From: Methanosphaera stadtmanae DSM 3091
GTDB taxonomy: Archaea; Methanobacteriota; Methanobacteria; Methanobacteriales; Methanobacteriaceae
Assembly: GCF_000012545.1 (NCBI RefSeq)
Contig: NC_007681.1
Span: forward strand, 450,001 to 482,000
Length of the DNA stretch: 32,000 nt
Direction: 5' to 3'
Under the pieces are notes generated by a model. The model searched no databases and was not told the origin of the DNA. It was given only the letters and a program-made list of their open reading frames with translations. Positions 1 to 8,748 of this stretch are shown piece after piece. A program made the translations under genes and the position numbers. Position 1 is the first letter of the stretch. The number at the start of each line of letters is the position of its first letter.

Positions 1-658
1 CTTGGGTAATATTTCCAAGTATTCTATGAACATCGGCTGTTATTGTAAATAATTCACTACTTACAGAAGTATCTATATTATATATAGGAATACTATGAAC
101 AATTGTTGCAATATTTGTACGTAACATTCCTGTATACACTAATTCACCAGAACCTAATCTTTCAACATCTGTATGTTTTGCAATGTTTTGTTTATTTATT
201 ATTGGAATAATATCTGTTGTAGTTGTACCCATATCCATAAAAATACAGTTATTTTTTATGTATTTTATTGCATTGGATGTACCTACCCAGTTAGCTGCAG
301 CTGCATTTAATGGATTTTCAAGAATATCATCATATGATTTAAGTCCATCAAATGTTACAAATTTAACTATTTTATCATTAAATATAGTCATTACTTTTTT
401 AGATATGTCTAGAACACCTTCTGTTTTACTCTCATATGAATCTGCTAATTCTGCAGTCATTGTTACACAAACTACATCAATACTATCTAAATCATCTTGT
501 GATAGTTTTAAAAGACATTCTGGTAATTTATCATTTTCAATCCACATTGGAAGATATTCTTTTGATTTTTTAATAGATTTTATTTGTTTTTCATCGTTTA
601 TTTCTATGATAGCACAATCTGTATTTGCTCCACCAATATCTAATCCCATTATTTTCAT
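1..658 (-). CDS. mfnF: Hydantoinase-A-fold 'H4MPT-linked C1 transfer pathway' family protein, probable methanofuran biosynthesis enzyme MfnF; N-terminal 219 codons only, continues past the left edge
   Basis: Absent from the ORF track because it is open at the window edge. My reverse-strand translation from ATG 658 reads MKIMGLDIGGANTDCAIIEINDEKQ...NAAAANWVGTSNAIKY...CIFMDMGTTTTDIIPIINKQ...GELVYTGMLRTNIATIVHS, with no stop down to position 2. GLDIGGANT and DMGTTTTDI are ASKHA/hydantoinase-A type phosphate-binding motifs. It lies directly downstream of an ATP-grasp gene. The + strand ORF 183..692 is its antisense shadow. Confidence 0.6.
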   Translation of the reverse strand, partial: MKIMGLDIGGANTDCAIIEINDEKQIKSIKKSKEYLPMWIENDKLPECLLKLSQDDLDSIDVVCVTMTAELADSYESKTEGVLDISKKVMTIFNDKIVKFVTFDGLKSYDDILENPLNAAAANWVGTSNAIKYIKNNCIFMDMGTTTTDIIPIINKQNIAKHTDVERLGSGELVYTGMLRTNIATIVHSIPIYNIDTSVSSELFTITADVHRILGNITQ

Positions 659-682
659 AGTTTCATCTTCATTACTTTTTTG

Positions 683-1669
683 TTATTTATAGAATGTTCC
701 ATTATTATTTATTGTAATTTCTCTTTTTTTATCAGCCAATAGAAGTTCTATTATTGTTTGTGTTAAATTTACATTAACAATATTATGCAGTACTATATAT
801 GGAGTTGTAATGCGTGAATTTATTTCAACAAAATATATTTCATTCTTACTTATAATATAATCAATACCAATAAATCCATATAAACCATTGATACTTTTTA
901 TAATATCTTTTGAAATATCAATGATTCTTTCTTTAAGTGGATGTTCTATGGGAGTTTTACAACCCATGTATTTTATCTGATTTTTACTCTCAGTAATTTC
1001 CTGTGAATTAATACTGATACATTTAATGTATTTGTTATTACATATTGCACTTATACTGATGGGTGTTCCAACTATGTATTGTTGTATTATTGCAGTTTTT
1101 ATGGAATGTTCTTCATATGTTGTAATTATTTTTTTTAATTCTTCTGTGTTATGTATGTGGTATATTAGATTAGATGATGTTTTATCATCAGGTTTAATTA
1201 TACTATCTTTTAAATCTATGTGTTTATTGATATAATCATAATCTGTCATTGAAACATCTATTTTAAACGATGGTATTTTTCTTATATTCGATGGAACTTC
1301 CATGTATGTTTTATATTTGCTACTACATATATAGGAAGCATTACTTGTTGGTCCAATTAAAAAAACATCATTTTTTTCTAAGATACAAGTAATGTTGTAC
1401 TGAATTAAATCATCCTCAGGAGCAATAAAAATACAACAATCATAATTAGAACAATTATTATCTAACCACTCACATAAATCACAATCAATATAAATAACAT
1501 TAGAATGGGGATATATGTCTATTTTTAAATTTTTATTGAGAAGATATGTAACATCATACTCTTTTATACCATCTAAATCAGAGAGAAGACTTTTTAACAT
1601 GTTAAGTCCCTCTGATATAAGATTATCCTCAAATATTACAGTTGAATACTCAAATACAAGTACTTTCAT
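683..1669 (-). CDS. mfnD: ATP-grasp ligase, probable tyramine--L-glutamate ligase (MfnD) of methanofuran biosynthesis
   Basis: The N-terminus MKVLVFEYSTV...EGLNMLKSLLSDL and the C-terminal ATP-grasp core GFIGIDYIISKNEIYFVEINSRITTPY fit the family. It is adjacent to the hydantoinase-like gene. The start is more likely ATG 1669 than the track's GTG 1678. MptN/CofF-type ATP-grasp enzymes cannot be fully excluded. Confidence 0.55.
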   Translation of the reverse strand: MKVLVFEYSTVIFEDNLISEGLNMLKSLLSDLDGIKEYDVTYLLNKNLKIDIYPHSNVIYIDCDLCEWLDNNCSNYDCCIFIAPEDDLIQYNITCILEKNDVFLIGPTSNASYICSSKYKTYMEVPSNIRKIPSFKIDVSMTDYDYINKHIDLKDSIIKPDDKTSSNLIYHIHNTEELKKIITTYEEHSIKTAIIQQYIVGTPISISAICNNKYIKCISINSQEITESKNQIKYMGCKTPIEHPLKERIIDISKDIIKSINGLYGFIGIDYIISKNEIYFVEINSRITTPYIVLHNIVNVNLTQTIIELLLADKKREITINNNGTFYK

Positions 1670-1683
1670 AATAAACACTTAAA

Positions 1684-2508
1684 TTATTTTTTCAATATTT
1701 TAATTAACCTACAATCAGCCTTTTTTTCCTGTTCATGTAACATATATTCCTTTTTTAAAAATTCAACAAGTTTGTTTTTTGCATATTCCGAATCCTTAAA
1801 TTTAATATTTTTATACTCCATGTCACTTAATATTAATCCATTAGCAGGTGCTGGTTGTAATCTAATAAATTGTCTTAATTCTTTAGGTTTTAATAATTCA
1901 TTAATATCATTAATATCTAGTTTACCATAACCAACTTCCATAATGGATGTAACCATTTTACGAACCATATTCCAAAGAAAACTCTCACCTACAATAGTAA
2001 ATATAAGAACATCTTCGTCTACTTCTAGATTAACATCAATTATTTTTCTATTGGGATTTTTTTCATTTCTTTTAGAAAAATTTCTAAAATTATGTTTTCC
2101 AATAAAAGATTCCATTGCAACATGCATCTTAGTAATATCTAAATTCTTCTTTTCAAAGGGACTAATGGGTTGAATATATGTGTATGTTCTAGTTAGGGGA
2201 AATCTAACCTTAAAACCATATGGAACACGAGCTTCTCCAATAATCTTTATATCATCAGGTAATAGGCCATTTAATTGATTTATATGAATATCTTCATCTG
2301 TAATAAATGAAATAACATTTCCAGTAGAATGAACTCCCTTATCTGTTCTACCAGCTACAGAATAATGGGCAGTCCATGTATCTTCAATAATATTTGTTTC
2401 CTTAAAAACTCTAAGTAATTCACCTTCAACTGTTCTATAATTTGGTTGTCTTTGGTATCCATGAAAATTAGAACCAATATAAGCTATTTTTAATGCAACT
2501 CGTCTCAT
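1684..2508 (-). CDS. truA: tRNA pseudouridine(38-40) synthase TruA
   Basis: MRRVALKIAYIGSNFHGYQRQ and the catalytic motif AGRTDKGVHS; typical length of 274 aa. Confidence 0.9.
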   Translation of the reverse strand: MRRVALKIAYIGSNFHGYQRQPNYRTVEGELLRVFKETNIIEDTWTAHYSVAGRTDKGVHSTGNVISFITDEDIHINQLNGLLPDDIKIIGEARVPYGFKVRFPLTRTYTYIQPISPFEKKNLDITKMHVAMESFIGKHNFRNFSKRNEKNPNRKIIDVNLEVDEDVLIFTIVGESFLWNMVRKMVTSIMEVGYGKLDINDINELLKPKELRQFIRLQPAPANGLILSDMEYKNIKFKDSEYAKNKLVEFLKKEYMLHEQEKKADCRLIKILKK

Positions 2509-2661
2509 ATAATAACAAACTCTACTTATTTTTTCTATATATGTATATGTAAAATATTCTTTAAGTTTTTTATCAACATATTAAACGTTAATAACATAAT
2601 ATATTAAACATATAAATTTAAAATAATTAGAACTTTTTTATAAAAAAATGAGTTGAATATA

Positions 2662-3375
2662 ATGATTATAATACCAGCAGTAGATATTAAAAATGGGAAA
2701 TGTGTACAGTTAGTACAAGGAGAACCTGGAACAGAACAAGTAGTAATTGAAAATCCTGCAGAAGTAGCAAAACAATGGGAACAAAAGGGAGCAAAAAAAT
2801 TACATATTGTTGATTTAGATGGTGCACTAGGTAGTGGAAGAAATCTTTCAATAGTCAAAGAAATAATAGAAAAAACAAAGTCTCCTATTCAATTGGGTGG
2901 AGGAATAAGATCCGTTAGTGATGCAAAGAAATTACTTGAAATTGGAGTTAACACTGTAATAATAGGTACAATGGCAATTAAAAATCCAGAAATAATCAAG
3001 GAATTATCTAGTGAATATGGTTGTGAAAGAATCTGTGTTTCTTTAGATAGTAAAAACAACAAAGTAGTAACACATGGCTGGAAAGAATCTACAGATAAAA
3101 CACCAATTGAATATGCTAAATTATTTGAAAAAATGGGTGCAGGTTCAATACTATTTACAAATGTGGATGTTGAAGGGTTATTAAATGGAATAAATCTTGA
3201 ACCTATAAAAGAATTATTAAATAATGTCTCTATTCCAATAATATATTCTGGTGGTATAACTTCTGTTGATGATTTAAAAGTTTTATCAGATATTGGAGTA
3301 GATTATGTTGTAATTGGTTCTGCATTATACAAAGGATTAATAACATTAGAAGATGCTTTAAAATATCAAAAATAG
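2662..3375 (+). CDS. hisA: ProFAR isomerase HisA (histidine biosynthesis)
   Basis: MIIIPAVDIKNGKCVQLVQG, GGGIRS and SGGITS, the (beta/alpha)8 phosphate-binding motifs. ATG 2662 matches the family N-terminus better than the track's TTG 2653. Confidence 0.85.
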   Translation: MIIIPAVDIKNGKCVQLVQGEPGTEQVVIENPAEVAKQWEQKGAKKLHIVDLDGALGSGRNLSIVKEIIEKTKSPIQLGGGIRSVSDAKKLLEIGVNTVIIGTMAIKNPEIIKELSSEYGCERICVSLDSKNNKVVTHGWKESTDKTPIEYAKLFEKMGAGSILFTNVDVEGLLNGINLEPIKELLNNVSIPIIYSGGITSVDDLKVLSDIGVDYVVIGSALYKGLITLEDALKYQK

Positions 3376-3391
3376 ATTAGGGGGTATTTAA

Positions 3392-3847
3392 ATTAAAGTT
3401 ATGGCTTCAGGAACATTTGATATAATACATCCAGGTCATGGTTTTTACTTATCAGAATCAAAAAAACTTGGTGGAGATAATGCAATTTTAATGGTTGTTG
3501 TTGCAACAGATAAAACAGTTAAAAATCATAAACGAGTACCTATTGTGGGTGAAAAACAACGGTGTGAAATGGTATCTATGTTAAAAGGTGTTGATGAAGC
3601 ATATGTTGGGGATGAAAAAGATCCTTTTAAAATAGTTAAAGAAAAAAAGCCAGACATAATAACGATAGGTCCTGATCAAAACTTCAATCCAGACTCATTA
3701 CACAAATCTCTTCTAAAAAAGGGATTAGACATAAAAGTTGTTAAAATAAATGATTATAAAAAATTTGAATTAGATAGTAGTTGTAAAATTATACGTAAAA
3801 TAAAACAAACAGATTTTGATATGGATTATTTGGAAAATTGCCAATAG
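3392..3847 (+). CDS. ribL: Archaeal FAD synthase (FMN adenylyltransferase) RibL, cytidylyltransferase fold
   Basis: GTFDIIHPGHGFYL (the nucleotidyltransferase (H/T)xGH motif), ITIGPDQ, about 150 aa. The first ATG is 3401. An in-frame ATT at 3392 lies 6 nt after the SD AGGGGGT (3379-3385) and would restore the first beta-strand (see finding). Confidence 0.8.
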   Translation: MKVMASGTFDIIHPGHGFYLSESKKLGGDNAILMVVVATDKTVKNHKRVPIVGEKQRCEMVSMLKGVDEAYVGDEKDPFKIVKEKKPDIITIGPDQNFNPDSLHKSLLKKGLDIKVVKINDYKKFELDSSCKIIRKIKQTDFDMDYLENCQ

Positions 3848-4043
3848 TGAATATATAAAATTTAATGAGTATATTGATGTTATTTCTTTTAATATGTCAT
3901 TTAGGTGGATATGGGAATAGAATATTTTTTGATTATTTGGGTATATTAATTAGTATAATAAATCCATCAATAATAAAATTAATATATAAATTATTTTATA
4001 AATATATATAATATTAATTCTTGATAAAAAAGGGAGGTTTCTC

Positions 4044-4316
4044 ATGGTAGCAAAAGAATATTATGATACATTATTAAAAATTACTGATATAATGGAAGAA
4101 AAAGGTGGAGGTATTATTTATATTCGTAATGAACCTGATTGTTACACAATAGGTACTCGTTATTATGATGAGGATATTGCAGAATTTTTAGATAATACTG
4201 TAGAAGAATGGTTTGGAGAAGAATCCACCCTTCAAAAGAAATCTAAAAAACGATCTAAAAAACAAGATAAAGTAGAAGAATTATACTACTTATGGAAAAT
4301 AACTTTACCAGAATAA
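4044..4316 (+). CDS. Hypothetical 90-aa protein with a lysine-rich C-terminal segment
   Basis: Strong SD GGGAGG 6 nt upstream of the ATG and coding-like composition. No family recognised. Confidence 0.5.
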   Translation: MVAKEYYDTLLKITDIMEEKGGGIIYIRNEPDCYTIGTRYYDEDIAEFLDNTVEEWFGEESTLQKKSKKRSKKQDKVEELYYLWKITLPE

Positions 4317-4717
4317 ATTTTATCCTTCTAGTCGAAATAGCCTAACATTTAATAGGTAGAATGAATTAGACAAAAGAAAGAATTACTTAGAATAAATCAG
4401 TAGTAATGCATGTCATGGTTTAAAGATAATTATTTAAGCCTAAAAAAAGTATGCTATGATTAAAAATAAACCCATGGACTATGGGGGATAGCTCGATTAA
4501 TCTAAACTATAATGTTTATTGCCCGAGAATCCTAGACTTTTATATGTCAGGAGTAAGTCAATAACCTTCACTATTTTTTTAATACTTTTAATATATTATG
4601 AAGAATTTCAGATAATTTATTAAATAAATTATTACTTAATATAATAATAGATTAAGAGAAGTTAATGTGTTATAAGAATTTTTGTATTTATTTTTTATAT
4701 TCATTAAGGTGGATTTT

Positions 4718-5767
4718 GTGATAGAAGAAATATATAATAAATCATTAGATAATGAAATTACTAAAGAAGATGCTATAGAATTAGTCAGATCTGCAAATCA
4801 GTTTGAATTATTTGATACTGCTGATAAATTAAGACAAACTATTGTTGGTGATAAAGTAACTTATGTTGTTAATAAGGCTATTGATATAACTGATAATTGT
4901 ATGATTGGCTGTAAATTCTGTTCTTTTAGAAATTTTGAAAATTATAAAATGACTAATGAAGAAATTTCTGAAAGTATTGTTCAGGCAAAAACAGTGGGAG
5001 CTACTGAGATATGTTTATTTGGCGGAATTACTAGGGATATGGATATAGATTATTATTGTAATCTTATCGAAAATATTAAAAATCAACATGAAATATGTTT
5101 ACATGCATTATCTCCTGCAGAAATATATCAAACTGCTAAAAATTCAAATATAACTACTTTTGAAGCTTTAAGTAGGTTAAAAGATGTAGGAATGGATACA
5201 ATGACTGGTGCATCTGCAGAAATTTTAGTTGATTCAATAAGAAAACAAATCTGTCCAAATAAGGTATCTACAGCCGATTGGGCAAAGATTGTTAAGGAAG
5301 CTCATGAATTGGGAATTCCAACAACTTCAACTATAATGTATGGAAGTATTGAAACATGGGAAGATAGGATAGAACACATGTTTTTATTAAAGGAAATTCA
5401 GGAAGAAACTCATGGATTTACTGAATTTGTTCCAATGACATTTTTAGGTGAAAATAATGAGCTTGGAAAAATATCTAATGGTGCTACAGGTATTGAGGAT
5501 TTAAAAATCCATGCAATTTCCAGAATAATCTTTGGGGATGTAATTCCAAATATTCAAGTTTCATGGGTAAAGTTAGGCCTAAGAATGACACAAGTTGCTC
5601 TAACATGTGGTGCTAATGATATTGGTGGAACAATGATTGAAGATAAAATATCCACAGCTGCAGGTGGTGGTTATGGTGGATATTTACCTGTAGAAAAAAT
5701 CAAACAATTAATTAAGGATATTGGTAGAATTCCACAAGAGAGAACTACTAAGTATGAAATGTTGTAA
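4718..5767 (+). CDS. cofH: Radical SAM enzyme of the CofH/CofG/MqnC-MqnE family, most like FO synthase subunit CofH
   Basis: The CxxxCxxC cluster NCMIGCKFCSF is preceded by VTYVVNKAIDITD (CofH/MqnE-like). SGGY-type C-terminal half; about 350 aa. SD AAGGTGG (4706-4712) supports GTG 4718 rather than the track's TTG 4682. Confidence 0.65.
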   Translation: MIEEIYNKSLDNEITKEDAIELVRSANQFELFDTADKLRQTIVGDKVTYVVNKAIDITDNCMIGCKFCSFRNFENYKMTNEEISESIVQAKTVGATEICLFGGITRDMDIDYYCNLIENIKNQHEICLHALSPAEIYQTAKNSNITTFEALSRLKDVGMDTMTGASAEILVDSIRKQICPNKVSTADWAKIVKEAHELGIPTTSTIMYGSIETWEDRIEHMFLLKEIQEETHGFTEFVPMTFLGENNELGKISNGATGIEDLKIHAISRIIFGDVIPNIQVSWVKLGLRMTQVALTCGANDIGGTMIEDKISTAAGGGYGGYLPVEKIKQLIKDIGRIPQERTTKYEML

Positions 5768-5816
5768 TTGTTTTTAAGAAGAAGTATGTATTAATATGAT
5801 ATGTATTTCAACACTA

Positions 5817-5825
5817 TTTTTTTTT
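5817..5825 (+). terminator. Oligo-T (T9) tract downstream of cofH
   Basis: A run of 9 T lies 50 nt after the stop codon. Archaeal RNA polymerase terminates at oligo-T tracts. Confidence 0.45.
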
Positions 5826-5861
5826 ATTTTATTGAATTATTCTCTATTTTATAATAAATAT

Positions 5862-5878
5862 AAAAAAAAGGGGGGGGG
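5862..5878 (-). terminator. C9-T8 homopolymer junction (A8G9 on + strand) directly downstream of atwA
   Basis: On the - strand, atwA's stop codon TGA is followed by atctgactt, then CCCCCCCCC TTTTTTTT. The T8 is a plausible oligo-T terminator. The C9 is unusual (see finding). Confidence 0.4.
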
Positions 5879-5887
5879 AAGTCAGAT

Positions 5888-7486
5888 TCATGTATGTTTG
5901 TTAAGCATTTTTGTACGTTCTTGTGATGTTAATTCGTCTACTATTTCTATAGGTTTTCCATGATCTAAAAGTTTTCCCTCACGCATTAATGCTGCAGTGT
6001 CACAACATTCAAGTACAAAGTCCATATCGTGTGATATTATAATAAAAGTTTGGTCAAGTTCTTCACGAGCATTTAATATTGATTCTGTAACATTACGTCT
6101 TGTTATAGGATCCATTGTACCAGTAGGTTCATCTAATATTATTATGTTTGGTTCTTTAATAAGAATCTGTGCAAGAGCGACTCTGTGTCTTTCTCCACCA
6201 CTCATTTGATCAGGATATTTTTCAAGTAATGATGCTGCTTCTTCTTCTTTAAATCCAACAGCTGTTAATACATGTAATGATTTCATTTTTGCAAATTCTG
6301 AGGGTAAGTCAAGACTAATTGCATCAGTTAAATTTCCAAGTATTGTTTTATATGGGTATAGACTGAAATCTTGGTGTAATAATCCTATATGTGGTGTTAC
6401 ACGTCCTCTGTGCATTGGTCCTTTTTTAGACATATCTATCCATTCTTCACCAAGTCTTATTTCAATTTCTCCATCACTTGGTTCTATAAGTCCTGCAATT
6501 AATTTTGAAAGTGTTGTTTTTCCAGCTCCACTTAATCCTACAACACTTGCAATTTCTCCTTCATTAATTGTTAGTGTTACTCCATCAACTGATTTTACAA
6601 CTCCCCGTGTTGTTGAGAAATAATACTTTTTAAGATCATCCATTTTAATTAAAGCATCACCTATTGTTACTGCCGGATGTTTTTTAGGTAATGGTATTTC
6701 TTTAATGAATTTTGAAACAATATCTTCAGGTTTACCTTCATCTATTATTTTTCCATTATCTAACCATATAACTCTGTCAGATAAATCTTCAATTACTTCA
6801 GGCCAGTGTGAATTTATAATCATGGTAATATTTTTATTTTTAACACCACTAAGTAGAGCAGAATGTATTAATTTTGCTGTTTTAGGGTCAAGAGTACCTG
6901 TAGGTTCATCAGCTAAGAATACCATTGGATTTTTTGCTAATTGTCTTGCTAATACAATTCTTTGTTTTTCTCCTCCACTTAAATCACGGGCAATGTGAGT
7001 TGTTCTATGTTCCATGCGTGTCATTTTAAGAAGTTTTATTGCTTTGTTAACATTATCTTCATCACGTTGATTTTCAAAGGATTTCATTATATTTTCAATT
7101 ACTGTTTCTTCTTCATATAATGCAAATGTTCTTTGTAACATGATGGATATTCTTTTTTTAATGTCTAAAAATTCTTTTCTAGAACAGTTCCATAGATTTA
7201 TTTCTCTAAGTTCTGTTTTTTCTCCACAGGAACATGTTTGTCCTGCAGTAGATGGTGTATCTACATGATTACATTTTGGACAGTATGCAACATGGTATAT
7301 TACTTCTCCTTCATCTGGTATATACTCAGGAATACCACGTAACATATTTAGTAGTACTGATTTTCCAGATCCACTTCTTCCAAGAATACCAAGAACTTCT
7401 CCTTCTTCAATTTCTAAGTTAATGTTGTCTAGTACAATAGTATTGTCAAATTTTTTTGTAACATTTTTAACTTCAATAAAACTCAT
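5888..7486 (-). CDS. atwA: Methyl-coenzyme M reductase system component A2 (AtwA), tandem ABC ATPase
   Basis: Two ABC cassettes (GRSGSGKS / LSGGEKQR / LADEPT and GLSGAGKTT / MSGGERHR / ILDEPT). The cysteine-rich insert YCPKCNHVD...CSCGEKT is characteristic of A2. SD AGGTG sits 7 nt before ATG 7486. Confidence 0.85.
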   Translation of the reverse strand: MSFIEVKNVTKKFDNTIVLDNINLEIEEGEVLGILGRSGSGKSVLLNMLRGIPEYIPDEGEVIYHVAYCPKCNHVDTPSTAGQTCSCGEKTELREINLWNCSRKEFLDIKKRISIMLQRTFALYEEETVIENIMKSFENQRDEDNVNKAIKLLKMTRMEHRTTHIARDLSGGEKQRIVLARQLAKNPMVFLADEPTGTLDPKTAKLIHSALLSGVKNKNITMIINSHWPEVIEDLSDRVIWLDNGKIIDEGKPEDIVSKFIKEIPLPKKHPAVTIGDALIKMDDLKKYYFSTTRGVVKSVDGVTLTINEGEIASVVGLSGAGKTTLSKLIAGLIEPSDGEIEIRLGEEWIDMSKKGPMHRGRVTPHIGLLHQDFSLYPYKTILGNLTDAISLDLPSEFAKMKSLHVLTAVGFKEEEAASLLEKYPDQMSGGERHRVALAQILIKEPNIIILDEPTGTMDPITRRNVTESILNAREELDQTFIIISHDMDFVLECCDTAALMREGKLLDHGKPIEIVDELTSQERTKMLNKHT

Positions 7487-7640
7487 TTTTTTACACCTAA
7501 TCAAAGTAATTTTTTTGTTTCTAATAAATTTAGTTTCGATTCATTCAAACTTGTTTATATATTATAATATGTTATTTACTATTATTATATTAACCTACAA
7601 TAAAATCTATTAATATTTTTTCATAACCTCTAAATTTATA

Positions 7641-7664
7641 ATAATTTGTAATAATTTGTAATAA
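7641..7664. repeat. Tandem direct repeat ATAATTTGTA x2.4 in the atwA/regulator divergent intergenic region
   Basis: ataatttgta ataatttgta ataa read directly from the sequence. Confidence 0.6.
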
Positions 7665-7787
7665 ACTTTTTATTAGATTAGAAGTATATATAAAAATATA
7701 TATAATTATAATTTTTATTATTTATTTTTACATTATGTATACACATTAAAAATTATAATCACTTCAATCACATAAAGAGGTTAAAGC

Positions 7788-8675
7788 ATGCTCACAGCAG
7801 TTCAAAGAGAGATTTTACAAAGTTTAATTAATTTATATAGAAAATCCAAATGTACTTCCGTTAAATGTGAAAGTATAGCTGATTTGATGGGTAGAAATTC
7901 TGGAACAATACGTAATCAAATGCAATCTTTACGTAGTTTAGGATTAGTTCAAGGTGTTCCTGGACCAAGAGGAGGATATAAACCTACATTGGAGGCATAT
8001 CATACTCTAAATATAGAAAATGATCCATGTGAAATTCATGTACCAATATATGTTAATGGCGCAATTGTTTCAGATATTTCCGTTAATAAAATAGAATTTA
8101 CCAGTATTTTAAGACCAGGGGATTGTGAAGCAACAATTTCAGTATTAGGGGATATTAAACAATTAGATCTTGATGATACTATTAAAATTGGTCCAACTCC
8201 TGTAAATAATTTAACTGTTGATGGAACAATTATTGGAAGGGATGATGTAGATAATGTACTTCTAATTAAAACAAAAAATATTATAAGTATTCCTAATGTT
8301 AAACTAAGGGATATTGCTACTCAACAGATAAAAAGTATAACTCCTCAAATGCAACTTACTGATATTTGTAAAATATTATCAGAAAATAATCAAATAGGAG
8401 CACCAATAGTTGATGATGATAACAACATATTAGGTGTTATAAGATATTCTGATATTATAGATGCTGTAGCTGCTAATAAGATGGATAGTACTGCTGAGGA
8501 GTTTATGCGCGAGTCTGTTGTAACTGCAAGAGATAATATTAGTTTATCAAATGGTATGACATTATTACTACAAAATGATGTAACAGCATTAATATTATTA
8601 GATAAGAATAATGAAATTTATGGAATTGTATCATTTAATGATATGTTAAAAAGATTATTAGATTCTTCAAATTAA
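7788..8675 (+). CDS. Transcriptional regulator with an N-terminal winged-helix domain and a C-terminal CBS pair (COG2524-like)
   Basis: The N-terminus SIADLMGRNSGTIRNQMQSLRSLGLVQGVPGPRGGYKPT resembles the HrcA-type wHTH. The C-terminal half has two CBS-like repeats (GAPIVDDDNNILGVIRYSDI, ALILLDKNNEIYGIVSFNDM). Confidence 0.75.
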   Translation: MLTAVQREILQSLINLYRKSKCTSVKCESIADLMGRNSGTIRNQMQSLRSLGLVQGVPGPRGGYKPTLEAYHTLNIENDPCEIHVPIYVNGAIVSDISVNKIEFTSILRPGDCEATISVLGDIKQLDLDDTIKIGPTPVNNLTVDGTIIGRDDVDNVLLIKTKNIISIPNVKLRDIATQQIKSITPQMQLTDICKILSENNQIGAPIVDDDNNILGVIRYSDIIDAVAANKMDSTAEEFMRESVVTARDNISLSNGMTLLLQNDVTALILLDKNNEIYGIVSFNDMLKRLLDSSN

Positions 8676-8748
8676 TCTTTTTCCAACTTATTTTATTTCA
8701 ACTCCCAGAAATTTTTTTTAAATTTATTTTTTTATGAGGTTAATTACA

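Noticed and set aside
183-692. 169-aa + strand ORF from the track
   Set aside because: It is antisense to the well-supported hydantoinase-like gene (1..658, - strand). The sequence is low-complexity and hydrophobic, with no SD.
3848-4043. 12-codon ORF MGIEYFLIIWVY* behind an AGGTGG-like sequence
   Set aside because: The SD-to-ATG spacing is only 2 nt and the ORF is tiny, so it is probably fortuitous.
4483-4560. tRNA-like start GGGGGATAGCTCG...
   Set aside because: After the GCTC 'D-stem' there is no complementary GAGC, no anticodon arm, no GTTCRAATC T-loop and no matching 3' acceptor strand, so it is not a tRNA or a clear tRNA fragment.
5870-5878. G-quadruplex from the G9 run
   Set aside because: There is only a single G tract and no additional nearby G-runs to form an intramolecular four-stranded structure.
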